Source: Candidatus Iainarchaeum sp. (lineage in GTDB: Archaea > Iainarchaeota > Iainarchaeia > Iainarchaeales > CSSED10-239). From it: a DNA stretch of 32,000 nucleotides. Made by a program: the position numbers and the translations under genes. Where the stretch lies: assembly GCA_037441475.1 (NCBI GenBank), contig JBBISB010000002.1, positions 1 through 32,000 on the forward strand, in the 5' to 3' direction. How positions within the stretch are numbered: position 1 is the first letter of the stretch; each line of letters starts with the position of its first letter. A model generated the notes under the pieces. That model worked only from the letters and a program-made list of their open reading frames with translations. It was not told the DNA's origin and ran no database searches. Positions 1 through 9,301 of this stretch are shown here, piece after piece.

Positions 1-8
1 TTTGTAAA

Positions 9-53
9 TAGCTATAAAGGAAATAGCTATAAAGGAAATAGCTATAAAGGAAA
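9..53. repeat. Short tandem repeat, three copies of the 15-mer TAGCTATAAAGGAAA
   Basis: Direct reading: tagctataaaggaaa repeated head-to-tail at 9-23, 24-38, 39-53. Confidence 0.9.
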
Positions 54-250
54 TAAAAAAGAAGCACAAAAGATATATAAATATAATGATTTTTTATAAA
101 AATAAGAAAAAACAACAGCCCCAAAGAAATATTACAAAAATAACAACCTTAAAAACTTTTTAACAGAAAATACACTATTTTTATACATTTCTTTACACTA
201 ATATATTAGTACTTTTCACAAATTACAAAAAAAAAGGAGTTTGAAAACAA

Positions 251-2164
251 ATGAAAACAAAAATAAAATTTCCAGATGGATCAATAAAAGAAATAGACTC
301 TGGAAAAACAGCTGAAGAAGTAATAAGAGAAGAAATTGGTGAAGGATTATTAAACGCATCAATAGCTGTAAAAATAAATAATGATATTAAAGACTTAACA
401 ACTCCTATAACGACAAATTGTGATTTTAAAGTACTTACAACAAAAGATATTGAAGCAAAGGAAGTGTTATGGCATAGTTCAGCACACATCTTAGCTTATG
501 CCATACAAAAACTATATCCTAACATTAAACTTACAATAGGTCCTGCCATAGAAAATGGTTTCTACTATGATATAGACATGGATGTTTCAATAACAGAAGA
601 AGATTTTGAAAAAATAGAAAAAGAAGCAGAAAAAATAATTTCTGAAAAAATACCTTTCATAAGACATGAAGTATCATACGATGATGCAAAAGAGATGTTT
701 AAAGATAACCCTTACAAAATAGAAATGATTGAAGAAATACAAAACATAAACGAACCTTTAACATACTATTCCTTAGCAGACTTTAAAGATCTTTGTAGAG
801 GTCCTCATCTTAAACACACAGGAAAAGTTAAAGCATTCAAAGTTTTAAAAACATCAGGTGCTTACTGGAGAGCAGACTCTAAAAATAAACAACTAAAAAG
901 AGTATACGGTATCTCCTTCTTTTCAAAAGAAGAAATGAAAGAATTTTTAATAAGACAAGAAGAAATTGCAAAAAGAGACCATAGAAAAATAGGAAGAGAA
1001 CTTGATCTTTATTCCTTCCAAGAAGAAGCACCAGGTATGCCTTTCTTTCATGATAAAGGTAGCTTTATATGGAATAAATTAGTTGAGTTTGTTTCAGAGA
1101 TTATGGAAGAAAGAGATTATGAGATTAATAAAACACCATTAATCCTTAACAGAAGTCTATGGCTTCAATCAGGACACTGGGATCACTATAAAGATAATAT
1201 GTATTTTACAAAGATAGATAACCAAGATTATGCAGTAAAACCAATGAACTGTCCTGGTAACATCTTAATCTACAAAGCACACCAATATTCTTATAGAGAC
1301 CTACCTATAAGAGCAGGAGAGTTTGGGCTAGTACATAGACATGAACTTTCAGGTGCTCTTTCTGGTCTTTTCAGAGTAAGAGCTTTCACTCAAGATGATG
1401 CACATGTCTTTTGTACTCCTGAGCAATTAAAGGAAGAGATTAAAGACTTAATTGATTTTATGGATGTTGTTTATAAAACATTTAACTTCTCTTACAGTAT
1501 GGAACTTTCAACAAAACCAGAAAAGGTAATGGGTGATCCTAAGGTATGGGAGATGGCAGAAAAAACTTTAGAGGAAGTTTTAAAAGAAATGAAAAAAGAA
1601 TATAAACTAAACCATGGCGATGGTGCTTTCTATGGTCCTAAAATAGACTTCCATATAACAGATGTTATTGGTAGAAAGTGGCAATGTGGAACCATACAAC
1701 TTGACTTTCAAATGCCTGAAAAGTTTGATTTAACTTATGAAGCTGCAGATAATACTAAAAAAAGACCAATCATGCTTCATAGAGCAGTTCTTGGAAGTGT
1801 TGAAAGGTTTATGGGTAATTTAGTTGAACATTTTGCAGGTAAATTCCCTCTTTGGATATCCCCTATGCAAGTAATTATCCTTCCAATAGCTGATAGACAC
1901 AACGAGTATGCAGAAAACTTAAGGAAGATGCTTAAAAAGAATGGGTTTAGAGCAAAGGTTAACCAAAAGGCAGAGACTATGAATAAAAAGATAAGGTCTG
2001 CACAGCTTGAAAAAATCAACTACATTTTAGTTATTGGAGATCAAGAGCAAGAGCACCAAACAATTAATGTAAGAACAAGGGATGAAAAGATCTTAGGTGA
2101 AATGAAGTTATCTGACCTTATGGAAGAAATGAAGCAAGAAGTTTTATCAAAAGAGATTAAATAA
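251..2164 (+). CDS. thrS: Threonyl-tRNA synthetase, bacterial-type domain layout (TGS, HxxxH editing domain, class II core, anticodon-binding domain)
   Basis: 637-aa ORF with HSSAHILAYAIQKLYP, CRGPHLKHTGKVKAFKVLKTSGAYWRADSKNKQLKRVYGISF, MNCPGNILIYK and HRAVLGSVERFMGNLVEHFAGKFPLWISP; ggag upstream of the ATG. Confidence 0.97.
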   Translation: MKTKIKFPDGSIKEIDSGKTAEEVIREEIGEGLLNASIAVKINNDIKDLTTPITTNCDFKVLTTKDIEAKEVLWHSSAHILAYAIQKLYPNIKLTIGPAIENGFYYDIDMDVSITEEDFEKIEKEAEKIISEKIPFIRHEVSYDDAKEMFKDNPYKIEMIEEIQNINEPLTYYSLADFKDLCRGPHLKHTGKVKAFKVLKTSGAYWRADSKNKQLKRVYGISFFSKEEMKEFLIRQEEIAKRDHRKIGRELDLYSFQEEAPGMPFFHDKGSFIWNKLVEFVSEIMEERDYEINKTPLILNRSLWLQSGHWDHYKDNMYFTKIDNQDYAVKPMNCPGNILIYKAHQYSYRDLPIRAGEFGLVHRHELSGALSGLFRVRAFTQDDAHVFCTPEQLKEEIKDLIDFMDVVYKTFNFSYSMELSTKPEKVMGDPKVWEMAEKTLEEVLKEMKKEYKLNHGDGAFYGPKIDFHITDVIGRKWQCGTIQLDFQMPEKFDLTYEAADNTKKRPIMLHRAVLGSVERFMGNLVEHFAGKFPLWISPMQVIILPIADRHNEYAENLRKMLKKNGFRAKVNQKAETMNKKIRSAQLEKINYILVIGDQEQEHQTINVRTRDEKILGEMKLSDLMEEMKQEVLSKEIK

Positions 2165-2290
2165 TTTTAATACTCTTTCTTTTTTTATTTTTTTAAAAGA
2201 AAATTACTATTTCTAATCAAAAACCAAATCTTTATAAATATAACCAATAACATTAATTTATTAACAATAATAAATATAGGTGATATTAAC

Positions 2291-3223
2291 ATGGGATTAT
2301 TTAAGAAAAAAACACCGGCTGCACAAAAAGATCCATCAAAAGAAAAGTATGGACCAATCAATAGACTTGTAAGAGGAAAAATAGAACAAATAAAAGCAAA
2401 CAAAGCTTCAAAAAAATTAAGTGAAGTTGCAAAGATACCATTTAATAAAATAAGAAATGCACTAAAGTTAAGACCTGCAAAAGTAAAACTAAGTTATGAT
2501 GTCTTAATAAAAGAATATTCTTCCGCAGAAATTACTTCAATGAAACAAAAGCTTGCAATGCTTGAGAAAAGAGCAGAAGAAAGTCATAAAAGAATATTAG
2601 AACTTAAAGGTGGATTTATAAAAGATACCAATAACCTTGAAGTTATTAATAGAAAGAAAATTGCACAGCAACTTCTAAAAGGAGAAGAAGTTAAGGAAAT
2701 ACCAAAAAGACTTGCAATAAATCCTGAAGCCCTACAACCAAACCAAGGAACAAAAGTAACTAACAAGACCTTAAAGCAACTTGAAGCTGGAGATAGAGAA
2801 TTAAAAACAAGAGAACTTGATAAATATTTCACAGCAGAAAAGAAAAGAGGAATGCTTTCAAAAGAAGTTAGAAAAGAAGTTGAAAAAGCAATAATCATTA
2901 ATAGAGAGATTGCAAGTATACAGTCTATTATGTTTAATGAAGTTATAAAAAATCAATTAGCATCTTTTGGATCTGCTGCAGAAACTAAACAAGCAAGAGA
3001 AGCTATTATTAAATCTCTTTTTAACAAATATGAAAAAGGGGTAATTGATCTTCCAGGACTAAGAGATTTAATAAAGTATTTATCAGTTGAAGTTGAGATT
3101 GGTAAGAAAATGAAAGTTATTAACTCTGCAGAGAATGCAAACACCTATCTTTTAGGAAATGCAGAAATAATAAGTCAAATTTCAGATGTTAAAGAAATTA
3201 AAAAGAGATTTAAATTCTTTTAA
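2291..3223 (+). CDS. Hypothetical lysine-rich, helical protein
   Basis: 310-aa uninterrupted ORF in an intergenic interval; no family recognised. Confidence 0.75.
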   Translation: MGLFKKKTPAAQKDPSKEKYGPINRLVRGKIEQIKANKASKKLSEVAKIPFNKIRNALKLRPAKVKLSYDVLIKEYSSAEITSMKQKLAMLEKRAEESHKRILELKGGFIKDTNNLEVINRKKIAQQLLKGEEVKEIPKRLAINPEALQPNQGTKVTNKTLKQLEAGDRELKTRELDKYFTAEKKRGMLSKEVRKEVEKAIIINREIASIQSIMFNEVIKNQLASFGSAAETKQAREAIIKSLFNKYEKGVIDLPGLRDLIKYLSVEVEIGKKMKVINSAENANTYLLGNAEIISQISDVKEIKKRFKFF

Positions 3224-3708
3224 ATCTTTAAAACATATATAGGCAATTCATTTTCTTTTATTTCTATAGTAACAAGCCTTTCTTTACTATTCAAACCAGC
3301 AACATAATATTTTTGTCCTTTAATAAAATTATTAACACCATAAAGATCAAGTGTTTTTATATCTTTATCTTTAAGTTTTTTAAAAAAAACATCAGCACCT
3401 TCAGGATTAATAATCTTAACATTTAAGCTTTTTTGTAAATTAGAATGATTATAGAAAACATGTGTTCTGAAGTATATTTGTTTTACTTTTTTTTCTTTTG
3501 CAAAATCAATTAATTTTAATAAATAGTTTCTAAAACCAAGAACACTTTTTTCAGAGCTGATTTTATTTAAACTAGAAACATACATTTTTTTATTACTATG
3601 TAATCTGTACTTTAAAGTATAATTATTATCTGAAAAAAGTTTAGGTTTAAATATACCAGTTTTAAATATATTCCCTCTCTTAAATAAATTTAATCTCATA
3701 TATGTCAC
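3220..3708 (-). CDS. Hypothetical protein
   Basis: 162-aa ORF, convergent with the previous gene (stop codons overlap), tRNA-Leu upstream. Confidence 0.65.
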   Translation of the reverse strand: MTYMRLNLFKRGNIFKTGIFKPKLFSDNNYTLKYRLHSNKKMYVSSLNKISSEKSVLGFRNYLLKLIDFAKEKKVKQIYFRTHVFYNHSNLQKSLNVKIINPEGADVFFKKLKDKDIKTLDLYGVNNFIKGQKYYVAGLNSKERLVTIEIKENELPIYVLKI

Positions 3709-3720
3709 TAATATTTATAA

Positions 3721-3802
3721 TGCAGGGTACAGGATTCGAACCTGTGAAGCACTAAGCAATGGATTTTGAGTCCATCCCCTTTGACCGCTCGGGAAACCCT
3801 GC
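3721..3802 (-). tRNA. tRNA-Leu (anticodon CAA), type II with long variable arm
   Basis: Reverse complement GCAGGGT...ATGGA-CTCAAAA-TCCAT...ACAGG-TTCGAAT-CCTGT-ACCCTGC-A; 7-bp acceptor stem and T arm intact. Confidence 0.95.
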
Positions 3803-3865
3803 TTAATATATTATATTTAGTAGCAAACGTTTTTAAAAAGAGTTTGTAGGCTTAATTTTAGAAAC

Positions 3866-4921
3866 TTACATGATAGTTGACTTAAAGATATTTAAAAAAA
3901 AGTAAATTAAACAAGAATAATTTAAAATCAAGTGATCAATTATTCTTATTTTTACTTCATCATCATTTTTAACTCTACAACTACCACCAATAGGGAAAGT
4001 AAAGACTGGGTTGGTGTGACCAAAATCAATATTTGCAATGACAGGAATATTTTTTAACTCTTCTTTTGTTTTAATAATTTCTTTAAGTCTTTCTATAGTT
4101 ATCTTAGAATCATTTTCAAATCTTCCAATTACAATACCTTTTATTTTATCAAAACCTTTTTGCTGAGTTAAAGATACTAAGTGTCTATCAAAATTATAAG
4201 AAAGATCAGTTCCTTCTTGATCATCTTCTAAGAAAAGTATTTTATTATTAAATTTAGGCATATACTCTGTTCCATTTAATAAATAGAAAGTACCTACATT
4301 ACCACCTATAATAGTTCAGTTCATGTTACCTGGATTAATAACAACAGGCCCAGTATTTTTATATAATTCTTTTTTAGAATCTTTTTTATACCAACTTTCT
4401 TCATAATAATAATTAGATGGTTTTATATCTATAGGTTTATTTTCAAATAAACATTTTTTAAAATAATCAACAGTATATTCATCTTTTTTTTCTAAACCAA
4501 AAACTGCAAAGTTCGGACCATAATAAGTAACCATTCCAGTTTTTGCATAAATTGCATTTAAGAGGACAGATATATCTGAAAAACCACACAATATCTTTTT
4601 GTTTTTTTTAATTAAACTAAAATCAATATATTTTAAAAGTTGGTTTGTATTAAATCATCCACATGACGTTAAAATACCTTTTACAGACTTATCTAAAAAA
4701 GCATCATTAATATCAGATATTCTAGAAGAAATACTTGATGATTGAAAACCATCTATTTCAAGTGCATTTTTTGAATAACTTACATTTAATCCAAGATTGG
4801 TTAGAATATTTTGAGCATTAACTCTGAAGTTATAAGGCATAACTGATAAACTTTTAGATGGAGAAATAATTCTTAAGTTATCTCCTGTTTTAAGCTTTTG
4901 TGGAATTAACATTACTATCAC
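3866..4921 (-). CDS. S66 peptidase family (LD-carboxypeptidase / MccF-like) interrupted by two in-frame UGA codons (4655-4657 and 4316-4318)
   Basis: Three consecutive same-frame ORFs read ...GILTSCG-[UGA]-FNTNQLLKYIDF...CGFSDISVLLNAIYAKTGMVTYYGP...VINPGNMN-[UGA]-TIIGGNVGTFYLLNGTEYMP...ILFLEDD...DFGHT; family motifs continue across both stops. Confidence 0.8.
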
Positions 4922-5084
4922 CTCTATAAATATTATAAATGGTGGTTTTTAAAAGAATTAGTGGGAAAAATTTATAAAGATAATTAAATTTTTAAATATA
5001 GTTATTATAGATATTTAACTTAATATTTAAGATATAAAGAAATATTTAGAAAGAAGTAAAAAAAGATAAATCTCTTTATAGATA

Positions 5085-5522
5085 TTATCTTCCTAAATTT
5101 TTATTTGTACAAATATTATTTTCACAGATACAATCTTCTGGAGAATAAGCTGAATTTAATCTATATTCTAAGGTACATGCAAGCTCAGTATTAACCTTAT
5201 AAGTAGATTCAAACTTTTTATTTATACAAGAGGTAGGATGACATTGAGAAGATAAAGGAATACAATCTTCATTTACTTGACATACAAACTGTTTTGAAGG
5301 AACAGTTACCCATGGCCCATTGAATTGTTTTCCTGTATTTGTTTCACATATCTTTGGATTTGAGTTTATTACTTTAAAACCAGCTTCAACACATTCTTCA
5401 AAACTATTTATATTTTGAGTAGAAGCAATTATTTTTTTAGGGGTAGAAAAAGGCATGAATATAGCTACTAAGACAATTAATAATATTAAACTACTTACTA
5501 TTAGAATTAACTTAATATTCAA
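5085..5522 (-). CDS. Small secreted or membrane-anchored cysteine-rich protein
   Basis: N-terminal hydrophobic segment MNIKLILIVSSLILLIVLVAIFMPF followed by about 8 Cys. Confidence 0.65.
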   Translation of the reverse strand: MNIKLILIVSSLILLIVLVAIFMPFSTPKKIIASTQNINSFEECVEAGFKVINSNPKICETNTGKQFNGPWVTVPSKQFVCQVNEDCIPLSSQCHPTSCINKKFESTYKVNTELACTLEYRLNSAYSPEDCICENNICTNKNLGR

Positions 5523-5706
5523 AACAAATACCCCCTTCTTTAAAATTAATATAAATATTTATGTATGTAACAGTTTATATTATTAATCATAAATAGATGC
5601 TAAATAACCAAAAGCATTGTGCGTTTAACCTTAGCGAAACTATTGGATGCTTACTTTACCGAAACCAGTTCTTTTGGGGGTAAAGCCACTTTCATAAAGG
5701 GGCTCA

Positions 5707-5789
5707 CGCAGAGGACGGGATTCGAACCCGTGTAGACGTAAGTCTCTAGCTTAGCAGGCTAGCGCGTTTGACCACTCTGCCACCTCTGC
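5707..5789 (-). tRNA. tRNA-Ser (anticodon GCT)
   Basis: Reverse complement GCAGAGGTGGCAGAGTGGTCAAACGCG-CTAGC-CTGCTAA-GCTAG-...-ACGGG-TTCGAAT-CCCGT-CCTCTGC-G; long variable arm. Confidence 0.95.
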
Positions 5790-5863
5790 TCTATTTGCTT
5801 CTCTATTGACATGTAAACAATTAGTAAATATTTATACTTCTAAAAGTATTTAAAGGTATTTTT

Positions 5864-6757
5864 TTACTTTTTAGAAAAGACTTTTCCTGAAAACACCTTT
5901 TTGTTAATACCATACCTTTTAATCTCAATATACCCTTTACTTTCAAGTTTTTTAAGGTTTCTTGAAACAGTTCCTTTTGGAAGGAAACATTCTTTTGAAA
6001 GACTTTTTTGTAAAATACCATCATTTTCTAAAATAATCTTAATTATCTTTTGTTCATTCTCATTTAATCCTAAAAGAAGGTCTTCTTTGCTCTCTTTAAT
6101 AACCTTAACAGATTTTTTCTTTCTTAAGATAATATATATTCCTGAAAACAATAAAGTTAAACCAAGGAGAATAGATATAATATATGTTAAATAATTAAAA
6201 TTATTACTTTCAGGTAAAACCACATGATTTAAAGAATAATTAATATCTAAACTTGAAACAGGGTTATTTAAAGTTAAAACAAATTGATTATTAACAATAC
6301 TTATGTTTTGTAAATCAACAGAAAGATCAATTATTTCTGTATTTTTAGGAAAAGTAAACTTTAAGGTATCTGTATATTCTTTAAATAATGGATAATAAAT
6401 TACAGACCATACATTACCTTGCTTATAAGAATAAACATCTGTTAAGTATATTATTTCTAAATTAAGAGAGTTGTTTAAGATACAGCAATCAGAGGCATTA
6501 ACTGTTAAAGTGTCCAAGGAATAACTATATGTTAGATCCTTATAATCACTTTTTATCTTAAGGTCATAGACAGGAAATATTAGAAAGGTAATAATATCTG
6601 ATTTATTAACTTCTGTTAAAATAAGTTTATCAGAGACTTGTACTATACCGTTATCTCTTAAAGTAACACTTGTATCAATTCTTTCGATATTATAGGAATA
6701 GATGTTCACTGAAAGAAAAATAATAAATATTATTGTCAAAATATTATAATATTTCAT
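5864..6757 (-). CDS. Membrane-anchored protein with extracytoplasmic N-terminal domain, one TM segment and C-terminal winged-helix DNA-binding domain
   Basis: Signal-like N-terminus; TM YLTYIISILLGLTLLFSGIYIILR; C-terminal LNENEQKIIKIILENDGILQKSLSKECFLPKGTVSRNLKKLESKGYIEIKRYG is winged-helix-like. Confidence 0.75.
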   Translation of the reverse strand: MKYYNILTIIFIIFLSVNIYSYNIERIDTSVTLRDNGIVQVSDKLILTEVNKSDIITFLIFPVYDLKIKSDYKDLTYSYSLDTLTVNASDCCILNNSLNLEIIYLTDVYSYKQGNVWSVIYYPLFKEYTDTLKFTFPKNTEIIDLSVDLQNISIVNNQFVLTLNNPVSSLDINYSLNHVVLPESNNFNYLTYIISILLGLTLLFSGIYIILRKKKSVKVIKESKEDLLLGLNENEQKIIKIILENDGILQKSLSKECFLPKGTVSRNLKKLESKGYIEIKRYGINKKVFSGKVFSKK

Positions 6758-6844
6758 AATGTATATAATATACCAAAAGTATTTAAAAGATATTATTTAG
6801 TAAAAAAACTGACTTAATTAATTATTTTTAAAAAAAAAGATAAC

Positions 6845-8263
6845 TTATTCAGTTATCTCTATTTCTTGAGAAAGATCTATCTCTTCAGATGCATTTAAAG
6901 AAACATATTTTTCTCTATGTCCAAAAGGTATAAAACCTAAAATCTTTCTTTTCTCTCTAATTTTTAAAACATACTCTGGATTGTTATCAACTAAAACTAA
7001 CTCTACATTTCCAACAACATTTTCTGCTTTTATTTTATTAGATACTAAAACTTGATTTATAGGTTTAATTTTTCTTACCTTTTCTTGGTTTGATATATAC
7101 ATTTCAGTCATGTCTTCATCTGTATAAACCTCATAACCATCTAAAGACTTAACGTCAGCAATTCTACCCTTTACTTTATTAACAGCTTGAGAAACTTCTG
7201 AACTTATTTGTCCTTGAGAAACTCTTACTTCTTCTTGTACTATGGTAATTTGTTTTGCAAGCCCATTAGGTAAGTTTTTTGATGAACCGTATTTAACATA
7301 GAAATTTTTTGAATCAACTATTTCTTTATTATTTATTTCTTCTGCAGATAAAACTTTTGTTAATACAACATCAATTTTATATGCTTTATTTTTATAATCA
7401 TTTCCAAATACTGCTTCTATTTCAGCTTGATTTTCTACAAAATTTACTAAGTAATTATAAACATATACTTTTCTTAATTTTGAAGAATTTTGATTAGCTT
7501 CTACAAATGCCTTATCATCTGAAGTCTTTACATTATTAGATGCAACAACTTGATTTGATATTGACACTGATGCATTATTATTTGTAACTTGGGTATATAC
7601 TTCAGCTCTATTATTAGAAACGTCCATTATTGAATATAACTCTACATCAGAATTATTTTCTTCAGATGCATTATTTAAATTTCTAATATTTAAATATACT
7701 TCTTTTACTTCTGTTGAAGAAGGATCAGCTTCAGTCATTCTTGCAGTAAGATTATATTCGCTTACATTTATTACTTTTGTAGAAACAATTCTTAAATGTA
7801 TTTTTGAAAAATTATATATATAACCTTCATTATTGTTCTCTAACATAGGAGTAAATCTTGCTTGTAATCCAACACGATCTTCCATTAATGGAGGTCGTTC
7901 TATAGGAACATTTGGATTTTGTGCACGTTTATTATAATTTAATCTACAATCATTTTCTGTTTCAAAATAATTTATACCATCTGCTTTTAAACATCCACTT
8001 GCACATTCTATAAATCTACAAGTCTTGTTTTCTACAACCCATACAGGAACACAAACAGCAGGACAAATTATTTCATCATCTGAAATAGAAATAATTGGTT
8101 GATTTGTTCCATTAGAATTTAAAACATTCTGATTATTAATCATTAAACCATTTTCACCAGGAAAATTATCTTCAGCATTTACTTTTGGAATAACAGTAAA
8201 CATACCAATTGCAAAAACAATTGCTAAAAGAATAACTCCTAAAAGTTCAATCTTTTTATTCAT
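6845..8263 (-). CDS. Secreted or surface hypothetical protein with N-terminal signal sequence and Cys-containing segment
   Basis: 472 aa, MNKKIELLGVILLAIVFAIGMFTVIPKVNAED signal; CPAVCVPVWVVENKTCRFIECASGCLK. Confidence 0.7.
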   Translation of the reverse strand: MNKKIELLGVILLAIVFAIGMFTVIPKVNAEDNFPGENGLMINNQNVLNSNGTNQPIISISDDEIICPAVCVPVWVVENKTCRFIECASGCLKADGINYFETENDCRLNYNKRAQNPNVPIERPPLMEDRVGLQARFTPMLENNNEGYIYNFSKIHLRIVSTKVINVSEYNLTARMTEADPSSTEVKEVYLNIRNLNNASEENNSDVELYSIMDVSNNRAEVYTQVTNNNASVSISNQVVASNNVKTSDDKAFVEANQNSSKLRKVYVYNYLVNFVENQAEIEAVFGNDYKNKAYKIDVVLTKVLSAEEINNKEIVDSKNFYVKYGSSKNLPNGLAKQITIVQEEVRVSQGQISSEVSQAVNKVKGRIADVKSLDGYEVYTDEDMTEMYISNQEKVRKIKPINQVLVSNKIKAENVVGNVELVLVDNNPEYVLKIREKRKILGFIPFGHREKYVSLNASEEIDLSQEIEITE

Positions 8264-8484
8264 ATTTTTTTCACCTTTTTATTTTTTTAAAAAAAACTTG
8301 AAAAGAATTATTTTTCTTAACCAAAAAAAAATAAAACCTCTTCAAGTCATAAGCTTTACTATTCAACTTATGTTTTCAGGTATTTAAATAGATTCTGTGA
8401 AACTTAGCGAAACTTTGTGAAAAATAGAGAGAAAATAAGTGAAAAAATAATAAATTAAGATAAAATAAGAAAATTAATAAAAAG

Positions 8485-8556
8485 CGCCCCAGACGGGAGT
8501 CGGACCCGTCCCGCGACCTTGACAGGGTCGCATCCTAACCGATAGACCACTGGGGC
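8485..8556 (-). tRNA. tRNA-Asp (anticodon GTC)
   Basis: Reverse complement GCCCCAG...CGACC-CTGTCAA-GGTCG...ACGGG-TCCGACT-CCCGT-CTGGGGC-G. Confidence 0.93.
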
Positions 8557-8670
8557 TTTTTATAATAAGTTAAAAATAGATTAACTATAAATAAATTAAT
8601 GAACAAAAACATTTATATTTGTATCTTATGCCTCTTTTATAAAAAATTATGTTTAATAACTCTCTAAAAA

Positions 8671-9273
8671 TTATCTTACTTTCTTAAGGAAATATAAAAA
8701 AGCCAAAACAATCACTAAAGCACAAAATAAAAGAATAATAAAGATATTTATAAAACTTACAACAGCTTTTGACATCTCCTCTCCAAGCTTATAACCAACA
8801 ATTGATAAAAAAGAAACCCATATGAAAGATCCTAAGAAAGTATAGATTATAAAATCCTTTAAAGGCATTTTTGAAAAACCAGCAGGAATAGATATGTACT
8901 GTCTTACAACAGGTATAAGCCTTGCAAAGAAAGTTGCAGACTTACCATATTTTTTAAAAAACACTTCAGTTCTCTCTAAATGAGAAATGTTTATAAAAAA
9001 TATTTTTTTGTGTTTTAAAATATATTTTCTTCCTAAAGAATAACCAATAAAATAGTTAACAAGAGCTCCAAAAACAGAACCTAAAGTACCTAAAAGAATA
9101 ACCAAATAAATATTTAAATTACCAAGATAAGAAAAAGCACCAGCAGGTATCATTATGATCTCAGAAGGGAATGGTATAAATGAACTTTCAACAGCCATTA
9201 ATAAAAACACCAATATATGTCCAACAAATCCAGAAAAGTAAACCCCTAAATACAACATAACCTCTTCAAACAT
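8671..9273 (-). CDS. DedA / SNARE-associated (VTT domain) membrane protein
   Basis: ESSFIPFPSEIIMIPAGAF...GTLGSVFGALVNYFIGYSLGRK...FFARLIPVVRQYISIPAGFSKM. Confidence 0.93.
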   Translation of the reverse strand: MFEEVMLYLGVYFSGFVGHILVFLLMAVESSFIPFPSEIIMIPAGAFSYLGNLNIYLVILLGTLGSVFGALVNYFIGYSLGRKYILKHKKIFFINISHLERTEVFFKKYGKSATFFARLIPVVRQYISIPAGFSKMPLKDFIIYTFLGSFIWVSFLSIVGYKLGEEMSKAVVSFINIFIILLFCALVIVLAFLYFLKKVR

Positions 9274-9301
9274 AATTAATCTTCTATAAACAATATATAC
9301 A

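Noticed and set aside
223-489. Minus-strand ORFs 223..489, 1777..2019, 2185..2403, 2584..2898, 2953..3144
   Set aside because: Mostly or wholly antisense to well-supported plus-strand genes, with low-complexity or composition-driven sequence and no recognisable motif.
5821-6194. ORFs 5821..6024 (-) and 5901..6194 (+)
   Set aside because: Shadow frames of the membrane-anchored winged-helix gene.
7309-7497. ORFs 7309..7497 (+), 10036..10221 (+), 12099..12281 (+), 14346..14609 (-), 15526..15732 (-), 17228..17410 (+), 26012..26206 (+), 30257..30463 (+), 31308..31619 (-)
   Set aside because: Short ORFs opposite or overlapping stronger coding frames, without domain signal or clear start context.
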